A stretch of 55,517 nucleotides of DNA, filler included, from Sphacelaria rigidula (taxonomy: Eukaryota): assembly GCA_964200075.2 (NCBI GenBank). It is 3 parts of 3 records of this genome, joined end to end, with 100 filler letters (N's around TTAATTAATTAA, not from the genome) between each part and the next. Parts side by side here need not be neighbours in the genome. Positions count along the whole stretch, not along the records: positions 37,082 to 55,517 come from CAXNAA020000858.1; 2 more parts are not named here. One strand, given 5' to 3'. The translations under genes and the position numbers were made by a program. Positions 37,082 to 49,123 of the stretch are shown here, piece by piece (the first letter of the stretch is position 1; each line of letters begins with the position of its first letter). Under the pieces are notes generated by a model. The model had not been told where the DNA came from. It ran no database searches and saw only the letters and a list, made by a program, of their open reading frames with translations.

Positions 37082-40000
37082 GAAGACCGGATTGGGATCG
37101 AGCCGTTAACGTGGACATGATGATGAACATGGAAATCATGCTCTGGTCAGCAGAGAACGGCGGAGATGAGTCTTGGACCGAAGGTGCTGAAGGGTGAGAA
37201 GTTCTGAGGTTGCTGAGCTCCTCTCGGCATAGCTTTGGTGTCGTTCGTTCTGGCTATTGCATTCCGGGGTTCCGCACTGAGTATCGCCTACATCGCTGAA
37301 CGCACTTCGATAGCAACGAGGCAAGAAAACACGGCTATTGTGTGAGCGTCACGACGGGCGAGATATATTCGGCGTACACACAGTTGCTAGCTCACCAGAG
37401 TGTTCCTTTCAGGTCTCCGTGATTTCATGTATCGTTGTGGTTTTCGAAACCATGATTTCATGCATTATCGCGCTCTTGACTGAACGTTGTGTGCCTATGG
37501 TTGCATTACTTTCACAGATGTGTTGCGGGTTTGACTCAATCACCGTCGCCTCCCCCCCCACACACTCAAAACACGTATGTATTGCACAGGCACGCGGACA
37601 CTACGTGGAAAGATATCGTTCGGGATGATGACAGTACGTACCACGTCGCCGCCTACGACAATTCAACCGGGGAACTGGTGGATCAAGGTGAGACACTCGG
37701 AACCACGATCACTTTGTGTGTTGGTTGTCGAAGGATCCCCTCAATGACCTGTTGTGGGTTCCATGAGGCATGTGCTTCAGCAAGCACGCCGCGGAAAATG
37801 AGCAGTAATATTGTATAATAGGTGTGTCTTGGGTCGGGAACGTTTCACCATGAGCGCATGGGGCTATCACGAACGCAACCAAACATTCGTGTCTTTTACT
37901 TGAATCCGGGGAGTAGTGTGAAGAATAGTTGAATTGGCCGTTCGCCGCTTGTGCTGCTAGACTGTTGGTCCCGTTGAAGACAGGGAGAATCCTGGAGAAT
38001 TACTCTACGGAGACCCGCACGTCAGTGTAGAGTAAATACAGCACATTTCCAGGGAGTAGACTAGACGCCACGTATTATGTATCACGTGAGCACTTTTTCA
38101 AGCCCAGATATGGGCGATCTCGGAGCAGGGTGTTACTCCTGACTCTCTTCCCTTTCCCTCTTCCCTCTTCCCTCTGCAAACCTACCGACTTTTTGTTGTG
38201 GGCATGCGATCCCTTAACCGACTGCACATATCCGAATTTTCACAACGTCGTTGATACCCGTCATGGCCCCCGGGGAATCGCCACTACATCTCTTGGCACC
38301 ATGAACTCACCCGGTAGGGGCCTACCGGACTTGATCCCGACTCGCTGAACACGTAGGCCCTGCGCATGGCTTGCCTAACGAGTATTATCTTCGACCTAGC
38401 GTGGTTCGTGTTGATCCCCACCCTGCTCCTGTCCGCACCCGCCCCCGTCCCTCTTCCTTTGGATAATCCCGTCTGCATTTCACGAAACACATAAAAACAT
38501 GCAGGGACATACCAGGGAGCGTTTGACGAGAGCACTTGGAGCAGAGGTCAGGCTTGGGCTGTATACGGCTACACAATGATGCACCGTTTCATCCCTGATG
38601 GGCCATACTTGGAATATGCCAAAGGAGTGCTAGAGTGAGTCCACAGCGGACACTAGGGGAATGCTCCATGTAAGGGGCATCTACTGTTTGTATCCCGCTA
38701 TAGTAGCGACCCGCCCACAATAATCGAGGTTTCAAAGTATCAGGCTGGTATTTCCAAAAATATGAGCAAGTGTTCAGCCTCAGCGACAACCGTGACACTG
38801 AGACCAATGCAGTGGACCACGATCAACCTGTGCGACAGGCAAGAAACTCAGGGTGAGCCTGATCTTCAGTTTCTCATGAGCGGGCCGCTGCTGTAGATGG
38901 ATACATATCGGATGATCTCGACTGGTCCAGTTCTAAGCCATGTTTTGCAGAACTTGCTTGCAATTTCCGGAAAGCAGTCACATGTGGTGGGTCATGAACC
39001 AAGTAATGAGCCGCAGGTTTCACGAAGCCGTATTTGTGAACTTAACTATATAAAATACAAAGCCCGAGAGTGAAGACATACCCTGTGGGCAAGACTCTCG
39101 CCGTGAACTTTGAAGGTATTGAGCGACAATCCTGGTTTTGGGACAAACTTTCAAAACTCCCCTTTTTTCTTTCTTTTGTTTTCCTCACACTTTGAACCCC
39201 TCCCCTTCCTCGGGATGAGTCCGTGGTCTCAAGGGTTCAACCCATTTTTCCCCCGGTAAGCGCCTGTCATTTTGGTCTCCTGGGTTGGCTCAGCACTCCC
39301 GCATCGCGTCAACTCACGTCACACACACCGAGTCACGCTTTCCACGGTGGAAATTATACATTACGAAGAAAAAACCTAACGCATCGGGAATCGAACCCCG
39401 TTCTCTTCACCCTGATGGCGAAATTCGGACCATTATACCACCGGGGCGCGGGGGCAAACTCGGAAGGGTAAAATAGGGCTAAAAGACGAGGTGAACTGTA
39501 TGGTTTCGCTAGAACTTCCTTAGGCACCAGGAAAATACTCGGAGAAGTGGGTATCCAAGCCCATCAAAACCGACTGTCACTCGCGCTGTTACAAAACAAG
39601 ATTGAGCGCATAGTTTCCAGTGCATTTTTGTTTCCTCATCATAGCGTCCCTGCAAATACCAGAACACGAAAGTGCGGTCAAGTATATTTCTTGGTTAGGG
39701 TACCTCGTGAGGAAAATGCGAAGTGATAGCCGAAGCACGTAACCTGAATCCGAATTTGGAGGCAGTCGACCCCTTGTTGTATTCTTCTAAGCCTGCCCTG
39801 CTTTGCATGGGCTTGCTTCCACCTGTGCGGCTGACTAATCTCATCTTACGTTTCGCTTCACCCTCTCGACAGATATTTCGATGATAACAACGACGAGGAC
39901 AAAATTCCTCCCGCTGATTTTGATGCCGAGAGAAACGCGTCCAACCCTGAAGACTCTTCTTCCACTGTCATCGTGGCGTCCGCACTGTTCGAGATGTTCG

Positions 40001-43000
40001 AAATGACCGGTGAGACATTCGTCACTTTCCATGGGAAAATCCGGCACATCGAAGGCGCTGTGGGCTTGATCCTACCTCTAACGTTTCCAAGTTTCTGTTT
40101 TTCACAGGTGACGTGACCACTTTTATATACAAATGATCATTGTCCTCCAACACGGAATCGCTTCTTCGTCCTTCACCGCGAGTGGTGTAGTCTGCTTGAA
40201 TGCTCTTTGCTTGTTGTGAAGAATGTGTTCGATCTATCTTCCACTATCCAGCGCTGTGCCACGGCACAGGTGCAGAACGCTGCACGTGAACCATTCCGGC
40301 AGTATCGCCTCTACCTCACTTGTTCTCCGTTTACACACCTATCTGCACGGAGGTAAATGAATCGGAATAAGTAACAGCCAATAACCGAGCTGAATTCGGT
40401 ACTTGCTTCGTTTGAGTTACGAAAAAGGGGCAAGTTTCCACGACGTGCTTTTTATTATTCGTCTGCCATGCACTCCTCCATCTGTAGTTCGACAATGAAC
40501 ACCGTACCCTCTATTTTGTCACTCCCAACCCCTACTCCCAACCCGCTCACCATGGGACATTGTATCGCACCGCACCGTTTGTCCCCCTCAAACACAACAG
40601 AGGACCCGGCACACCTGGAAATGGCGCTGTTGTACTTGACGTCGGCTCTGCAATCGACTTACTACGAGCCAGACGCTGATGATGGATGGCAATCTATCCT
40701 GCGCAGAGCTTCCTCCGAATACGATTCTCCTGAAGTGGGAGCGGTATTCGGCGACTACTACTGCCTCGAATCTATGGCGAGTCAACCGTTCGAAAAACAT
40801 TAGGATGCTTCGCATATTACGGAGCCTGCGTTACCCACCACATTTTTCGATCTCACGGATTCCACCAACACATCGAGTCGACTCTCCCTCACGACGCATC
40901 GGCATACAGGGATAGCCGATCAACATCTCACGGCCTCGAGCCGGCCGTAGCCGTCGCGCAGCTGTACCCGTTGCGACCGACGTCTCGTATTTGCATGTGC
41001 CGTTGCGGGCGTGGAAATACCCAGGTTCATGAGTCTCATGCCTGAGGTACAGTTGGGCCACGACGAGAACTCGACACCCGTCGCCACGACGATAACTAGC
41101 AGCAAGACGGCCACGGTCCGCAGCACCATGGCTGTGAGCGTATCCAGTGTGTTCCGCCAGAGTACCCTGGTCACCGGGTTCGTGCGGTGTGATGTTTGGA
41201 ACGTGATGGGTGTGGACTACGGCGCAGGAAAGTCGCCAGGTGGTCACTCAACAAACTGAAAGAAACAGCACGTGCATGCTCCCTTGAAAATAGTCACCCG
41301 CCCACATGACAACACCCCGCCGTTTTTGACAATAATAGAAATCGCCCGGTGTACTGGGTTGTCCCAAACTCGATTATGCAGGTGCGGTACACCACCATGG
41401 CTCCGTCAATTCTGCTGCGCGAGGCGACGGCCGATGTTGTCTCCATCAGCGACAGTGACTCGCAGGTACTAGAAGATCGGACGTCAACTGCGGGCGGACC
41501 TCAACGCGTGGATTTACCCCAGCTAATGATGTTGCCTGCAAATATCAACGGAACATGAACCCTTTGGTCATCCTCTCACCGGGGGCTTGACTGTTGAATA
41601 GTCAGATGGCGACGATTCATCCAACCGATGAATGCCCAATGATGATTGCATCGATCACGTACCCGTGCTTTTCTGTCGTAATACGTGTTGCTCGATGGGT
41701 GTTTTTTGGGTGTATCGAATGTTGGATGGATGGGATGGAGTGTTGAGTGCGATGGGTCTGCTGTCTTGGCAGTGTTTCTGATCGCTGCGGAATAACAGCC
41801 ACTGTCTTGTCCCGCTGTTTCATGTTCACTTTGCGGGAGTCAGCTCAGCGACGACGCGAGCGACACCGTGACGGCAAAAGCGACATTCACGGCCGAAGAT
41901 CTAGTCGACACCGATTTCTCCAGAATGAGCGCCTATTCTGATGTTTCGGTGTGGTGAGTGGCACAGGTAGAGTTGTTCGGACAAGGAGCACAAGTTTTGA
42001 AGGGTGAAGTGAAACCTATATATCCGAATGTGAACGTACGTGGAACCCACGACGTCTTGCGGGATTGCAGGGGCAAGTTTACCGGCGTGTATCCTGTCGG
42101 AGTGCGTGCTTCAACAATCGCCCTTTCGTGTACTGGTACCAGCCATCAATCGATCGTGTGAGCTCGCGTTGGCATCCGTGGTGGTATGACCGGGAACAAG
42201 GCTTGTAGCCGTGGCTTCTGCCGTCGTTGTTAATGTGCCGCAGACATACGACACGGCTGTGGGAGCTTGACCGGCGTGTAAGGATTGGTACAATGCTTCG
42301 TCGGGCAACGCACGGCTGTACTACTTATCGCCCCTTGGAAGAAATCGCCTTGGTTATTCCTCACCTCGACTGCTGTTCGTGCGGACCTTTGCTGAGATTA
42401 TGCAGGTATGGAATTACGCTCGCGAGCACGGACATAGTGCCCACTGCGTTTGAAATCGAAGGCGAAGATGTCACGTGCACGGGGACGATTTCTGCCCCCG
42501 CCGATGGCTGGACGGTCGGGGAGAACACGTGAGTGCGCTGCGATAGTTGGATCAGTATTCCGATCAATAAGGGGAGATCTTCGCATCAAGGACAGACGCG
42601 TTGATCATGAAATAAAAAGAGACAGGTGAATATTTGTTTCATGTTGCTTCTCGGGTATAGTAGTGTGTTGACACAATGAATCAACCCATCTCTACTTCGA
42701 TGAACGCTGTGAAGTTTTGTGTCGGAGGTTGAACAGTCTATTTGTCCCCGCGTCGACTCTCGTCAAGCGAACGTTTCGATATTCTCGTCCTCGTGTTCCA
42801 AAGATGGGGGTCGGATAGTTGCTCAGAAACGAAACAAACGAAACCAAATGCACCCGTCGGGGGTAAATCCGCAGTTCCCCGCCTCAGCTGGTTTCAAGAA
42901 AACCCATGTGGAACATCAATGTGCTTTGGGAAACAGTGCCAAAGGAATGTCATTGCGCATTGGGCGACAGTGAATGTACAAAAACGGGTACATCCTCATG

Positions 43001-43620
43001 TTTTTGGAACAAAAGGGGAACCACGTTTTTCGGTTCGGGGGGTGCAGCACTGCGTGTGGGCTGAGGACCTCGACTCGTTCCAGCGCTTCAGCCCCATGCC
43101 CAAGGTGCCCGGGCAGCATGCCCATATAGGATTTTCACACATGACATTAGGCTCAACTACGGCGCGGAAAAGGAGAGACAAATCAGGAGGGTACACCCGA
43201 CTCTCTTGTTAAGACAAACTGTTCACTTGTGTACCGATTTGAGTGAATTTTCCCAAAACATTTCTGCCTTCCGAAATCCAATGCGTGACGTGTTGAACGT
43301 AAACACGGAAAAATGCTACTCCTGGTACCTGCGCCCTGACACGCTGAAATGTCATTGTGTCATTTGAGGTAGACTTGCTGGGCACGCAAACGCTACACAC
43401 ATACTCACAACTGTTCTTACGTGTTCCGCTCGTTTCGTCTCGATATAATCGATTAAACTTGTCCTTCAGAGGGGTGTTGAGCTTTGAGGCTGGAAGCCTC
43501 GGGTGCGCTGGGATCACTGCTGTAGGGGCTTCGATATCGTTTTCGGAAGTTGATGGCACAGACTCTACGGACGTGGTTACCATTAACCACCTGATTCTGG
43601 GGCATGCCCTGGAACTTTGA
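37082..43620 (+). CDS. Glycoside hydrolase family 88 (unsaturated glucuronyl hydrolase-like) with a C-terminal extension; 5' part lost in the gap
   Basis: Exons 37082-37193, 37590-37687, 38505-38634, 39873-40009, 40601-40776, 41382-41465, 41844-41953, 42406-42528, 43470-43620 are phase-consistent. GH88 motifs appear in order: VNVDMMMNMEIMLWSA (IIDNMMNLELLFWA, catalytic Asp), HADTTWKDIVRDDDSTYHV, QGAFDESTWSRGQAWAVYGY, DFDA...DSSSTVIVASALFEM, FGDYYCLESM|VRY. The intron after 40776 needs a GC donor. Confidence 0.87.
39165..39451 (-). mobile_element. tRNA-derived SINE (intronic in GH88), copy 2
   Basis: The minus strand reads CGCGCCCCGGTGGTATAATGGTCCG...GGGGTTCGATTCCCGATGCGTTAGG...GACCACGGACTCATCCCGAGGAAGGGGAGGGGTTCAAAGTGTGAGGAAAACAAAAG, colinear with 2578-2887. 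Confidence 0.75.
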
Positions 43621-45379
43621 GCGCCAATCAATTTGTTGCATTAGTTGTGCTTTTGTGTAGGTGGAAAAGGTAGCTGTACTTCAAGGCAGGCGCCAACTAG
43701 TGTCATAGTAATCTTGCGTGGTGTAGAGATTCTTGTCTTCTTGGTGCCCACGTTGTTTTCCCCCACGCTGCGCTCTCCGCGTTTGCTTGTGTCGCTACCT
43801 TGAGTTTGTGCCTGATAGCTCAAAATAGGCTTAGGTTTTAAGCGATTCTTTTCACCGTGCTGGTGTTTGTGTGCTCCGGCCCCTTGGGAGTCCGACTCAC
43901 CGAGCGATGCCTACTTGGATCTCCTGTATCGTGTGTGCCGTGGTGAAATTCATGTTTTGTGGTCGCGAAACTTGTACGTTCGAAAGTCAGGTCGGCGTAG
44001 ATGAAGACAGTGCTGCTGTTGATCGTGTGCTATTTACGACCAGGATTTTGTTCGGGTTCCGTGTGTTCGTCAACGGGCATGATAAGCTCAAGGGTAGACG
44101 GGGTGCTTTCTTGTCAATCGTTGGGCATGATCAGCTCAAGGTTGGAGAGGACGGAAGTTGAGGGTTTGAGACTCCTCCCAACATCGAAAGCTTAATCTGT
44201 AGTTACGGTTGATGATGGTTTTCCCCACAATTTGTGTGGATGTGGATTGTGTGACAATGGTTCCCTCTTACAGCAGTAACTGTAAAAGGAAGACAGAGCT
44301 GCAGTGCGATTTCAAGTCAATTTCTTTGTCAAAAGTACTCGTTTCACGCTGTGCACGAAAAACACGGTCATGATTATCTCGTGGCGGTTTCAGTTTTGTA
44401 GTCCTTCCATTATTTTTCAATATCCATGCTATGTGAGTCTTCTTTCGTTTGCTTGCGTTAGGAGGATGCATGTGATTGACTAACTGTGTGGTGTTTCACA
44501 TGAAAGTGTTTTCCCCTGCTTGTTTGTGTGGTGCCGGTCTTTGGGAATGCCATGCCCCACTGCCATTTTCACCGCCCGCTGGATCTCGAACTTCTTCCAT
44601 GTTTCCGAGGTTTGGAGTAGTTGGTGCTTCCTGTGCTGTTATTGGCTGCGGGAGTCATCGGGCGTTGGACCTACGATAGCTGCATAAGTTTGGTTTGGTT
44701 TTGTCTTCACCTACTGCTAGTGTGAAGACCAAACAAACGTGAGATTTCGCTCTGTAACCGGTGCTTGTTCGTGCAAACGCAAGCTCCATCTCCTGTGCGA
44801 TTATCCCCCCTCCTCTCGTTCTCGTTCTTCTGTATTCGAACTCCACGGGGTAATGAGGACGCCGGAACGTTGTTTCGTTCGTGTTTCGTTTCTTAGCGTC
44901 GGTTTTGTCAGCTATTGGTATTGCACAGGAGGAAAAGTACAGAGGCAGTGAGGTCTTCGCGACCACAGCTTTTGACCGATAGCGATTATTAGTTCTGTGC
45001 AGTTGGGCGTTATTTCCTGTGATCCTCTCGTCGATGTTGTTGAAGGGATGATAATAATAAAAATGAAGTCTTTGCTGTGCAGGTTTATCTTGACCTATGG
45101 ACACCCCGGACGGCCAGTTACGTATACGATCGCCAGCCCACACACGAATGCTCAGCTATTCCTTGGCTCAGGCACAGGATAATGGTTTGAAATGTTTTAT
45201 TGAAGAGCACCCAAGTTCTACTGTAACTCGGGAGAGTGCTGATGAGATGGATGTAGAAGAGATGAAGAGTGGGCCAGGTGGCGAGTTGCCCGGCTGCCCT
45301 CATCTGTACTGTACCACATTTGACACGCTTGACTGTCGGTACTCGTACGTCACCCCGATCCCCAGTTCTACGGAGATCC

Positions 45380-45790
45380 AGCGTTACTAGGTATCTGAAT
45401 CACTCGAACAGGTGGCGCCTGATCCTTTCCCCGAACACAAGGCCTTTGGAGCCATGACGGCCCTTGACCTGAAGCTCCTCTTCTGCCTCTTCGACGGCGG
45501 TGGCTGTTCATTGCCGGCCCCGCCCACCCCGTCGGTGCCGTGTGCTGTCTAGTGCAGTGTGCTGTGTGCACTATACGCTGCTGTGTGTGCGCGTCTAGGT
45601 AGTGCCCAACCCGGTGCGTTTTGGGGGTTTCGTGCATGCTTCTGGGGGTTCCGTGGTGATTTATCCAACTATCGTATCGTACCGAAATATCGTATCGTAT
45701 CGGGATCCAGCAATCGGGACGATACTCGATACGGTACGATAATATTTTGATATGATATATCGGAAATTTCGATACGATATCCAACACCAG
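45380..45790 (-). mobile_element. Probable DNA-transposon end (hAT-like) with CGATA/TATCG subterminal repeats and a decayed ORF start
   Basis: 45665-45790 is built from multiple TATCG/CGATA motifs in both orientations. The adjacent minus-strand frame encodes an NLS-like PPPSKRQKR and then stops. No partner end was found. Confidence 0.35.
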
Positions 45791-47308
45791 AAAATACACT
45801 TGTCTCTGACATCTTTGTCTCCTTGTAAGGTCGCGGAACGCACCACCGGCAGCTAAATCTATCCACACGAAAGATTATATTCATGCCCGACTGCACGTTC
45901 ACACTTTCAAAAAATCAAAATTTCAAACTTTCAAACTTTCATCGTTGATTGTATCGTGGAGGGGCGAATCGCTCAGACCCGCAGTACTGGATATGAACTA
46001 AAATTGTCCCGCAAAGAAGAATGTTCCAACAAAATGAAGACTGGCGGTGGAATCGGATGTTCCTGTTGGACACGTCATCTACACACGCGGTCGCACTCAT
46101 CGCACGGTAAGCAATGCCCCTAGACTCGGGGCATACGCCCGCGAACAGATAAGCGCCGCTATCGTGATGACTTCAGCGGATCATTACCCGGGCTTGACCT
46201 GGCTGAGGGCGTGACGTCCGGCACGTCCGGCAGCGGTGATGTGACGTCATAGTGGCTGCCAGCCGAACGGCCAGATGTAAAACTTGCGTTGGTATAACGG
46301 CCAGTACGCATGCTAACAGCTGCTACCGTACTAATACTGCTACTTTCCCCGCGTTATCCCGGTTTGTGAAGGTCACCACGGGTAGCGAGCAGTATGCTCA
46401 ACTTATGAGGAGGGGGTATGTAGTCATAGAGATCACGCGAGGCCGACTGCGCACTCTAACACGTCTGGTCTGTACGCATAGTTTCTCACAGTTGCGAAGG
46501 GGACAGGTTGGGAATGGGCGCTCGAACATCGAAGAACGGTGATCGAATGGAGAAACGCCAAGCTGTTGACTGCCTGGGGTCCTTCAAGCGGGGGCGATTG
46601 ACAGGGACCAACATCCACCTGGGTACGGTTGGAGATCCTGGGAATAACCTTCCGACCCATGTGCTGGCGAGGCGAGCCTGGAATCCTGGGGTGATGAGAT
46701 TTTTGGAGAGAGCAAAGGAGATCAGCATGAGGTAAGCACGTACGAGTACGGCAGGCACCGTATCTATACGGTAGATGTAGTGGTATCCTTGGTGACGGGG
46801 TATAACACCCCCAAGATCATGATCTCCTCGCCGGCAATTCCATGGAGAAATAAGACCCCGCACTCCAGGCATATTTTTTCGCGATCCACCATACCTCCGC
46901 TACGAGCAGCGCCAATCTATAATTTCAACAGGATCAAGCTATAACAACCATATCTCATCGACGCAGACGAACTGGGCCATGATCCGCACATTTGGTATAT
47001 TGTCTAATCAAGGGGCATATGTCCATCTACTCGACAGCCCGGCCAAGGGAATTCTCGTTGATTACGCGCCTTGATTACGCGCCACGTCGAGTGAACCCTT
47101 CACACGTTGGACGAGTCATTACTCGTCGAAACGAATGCACTCGTGGATGTTTTTTGAAAACACAACGAGCATGACTTGTGTGCTCGAGCCATTACTTTTT
47201 TTTTAAACCAGCAATGACTCATGCGCTCGAGTCATTACTTTTTTTTACAACGAGCAATGACTCGAGTGCTCGCCCTATTATTTTTTTCCACAACGAGCGA
47301 TGACTTGA

Positions 47309-48076
47309 GGCGGCGTCTTATCAGAAGTGGTTATCACTTTTCAAAAAATCACTTTTGTAAAAAACGACCGATGATTGGTTGCTGCGATACCACCCCCTCC
47401 AAAAAGTGCAAAAAAATCACTTTTGCAAAAGTGATTTTGTGACACCTCGAACGGGAACATACAACATCCCGTTGACAGGGGCAAAACCAAAGTCTTGACT
47501 GACAAGTCAAGACATTTAAATGTGAACCTGAGGATTGCATTTGCCTCTCAAACCAAAACACACCGCTCCATTCATTGCTGCTCATCAGCTGAGCACGCTG
47601 TGCGTGACCTTGTTCAAATCGGTTCAGAATTCAGTGAGAAATGATGATTTGTGTGAGACGCGCGCACAGCACGCGCTCAAAAACGGTCAGCAACAGCACG
47701 TTTTGGGCTGCTAGTTGACGTGCAAGCGGCCGCCTTTCACCTAATACTGGTCGGATTTCCGTCAAACAGAGGCTGTCGTGTGTAGATGATCAAGAGCTAG
47801 CGCTTGAGCTAATGCGCGTGAGTGCTATCCGTCTGTTTTCGTGGCTAGATGTGTCGGCGCTGTGTTACCTCTTTGCGTCTTGTCCGCAGCAGTACAGACA
47901 TTTTGGACTAACGGCCACTTCCAGAACCGTCGCATTTTTTACCTATGCGCAGATCTGAGCTTCGATCTGAACAAAACTGCCTGTCGATAAAACACAGCAC
48001 TGGTCGTTGTGGGGGCAATCATTTCTCCAAAAGTGATTTTTTTAAAAGTTATAATCACTTCTGATGAGACGCCGCC
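47309..48076. mobile_element. PIF/Harbinger-type (Tourist-like) non-autonomous element, 768 bp
   Basis: TIRs GGCGGCGTCTTATCAGAAGTGGTTAT... / ...ATAATCACTTCTGATGAGACGCCGCC, a 3-bp TSD TGA at 47306-47308 and 48077-48079, and subterminal ATCACTTTT repeats. Confidence 0.8.
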
Positions 48077-48095
48077 TGAGTGCTCGCCCAATTTA

Positions 48096-49123
48096 CCCTT
48101 TTTTTTGGGACCGACCCCCCACGGGGTTGGCCATGTGTTGGTGAAATAATAAAAAATAAGTCAGGGAGCGACCTGCCCAATCACAGCGAGACGAAATTTA
48201 TCGACCAGACCCGAACGACCAGCGCGGGGACTGTTGCCGAGGGTTATGTCACTGCAAAGATCGTGTGGGGGCCCTATCCCTGGCGCAGATAAGCCTTCCC
48301 AGGTTTCCAATGCCAGGATGCTCGGAGCATCACTTATCGAATTACTTGCATTCAGTATAGCGCCCCCGGGATTTTCCGGGAATTTTTCTCGGTCGCCAGC
48401 CTATACTAAAACGTAGTGATTGCAATGACACAGGGCGGAATGGAAAAAACCGGGGAGGACTACCATGCCACAATGTGGTCATTTTCACGAGGCATTCAAA
48501 CCAGGTGGGCCGTGGAAAGACAAAAGGAGCTACCGTCATGAATTCTGCTCATCTCTCTGCCGATGACTTGCAGAACATTGTGAACATATATGTACTGGGC
48601 GGGGATGAACAAGCTGTGTATACGCAGCTGATCTTCGTCGCTGAGAACTGCCCAGAACGTGCGAGGGAGTATGCAGCGGCAGCTGGTGCTGCAGTCGGAG
48701 AGGCGTACTGCACTGTACTGTGCTACTGTATGCACGTGCGCCGCAACGCCTCTTCCCTTCGAAGAGAATTTGTCGCATGCAACAAATAGGGAAATGGCAA
48801 CCCACCCCGACCACGAAGGGCTGTGTGGCAAGGTGAGGGGGACAATGATACCATCCAAAGCCACACGTGGCGGGCGGCCCGCCGGTCGTCGGACCCTGCT
48901 GAAAGCTCTCTACTGCGACATATACTACTTGCTACATCAGATGCACATTACCTAATGCGCACCATGCATCTGAATATAGATTGGATAGAACTTTCGGTCT
49001 TCCTCTCAACCCTGCGGTTACATACGCGGATTTTCAGCAACATGCCACTGTTTCGTGCAGACGCCAGACACGTCATCCCTAACCAGCCTCATTGGTCGTT
49101 CTGGAGGCCCGGTCCCAACGGGG
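48096..49123. mobile_element. Putative non-autonomous DNA transposon (~1.03 kb) with short TIRs and TA flanks
   Basis: TA|CCCTTTTTTTTGGGACCG ... CGGTCCCAACGGGG|TA; removing it restores the minisatellite unit. Confidence 0.5.
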
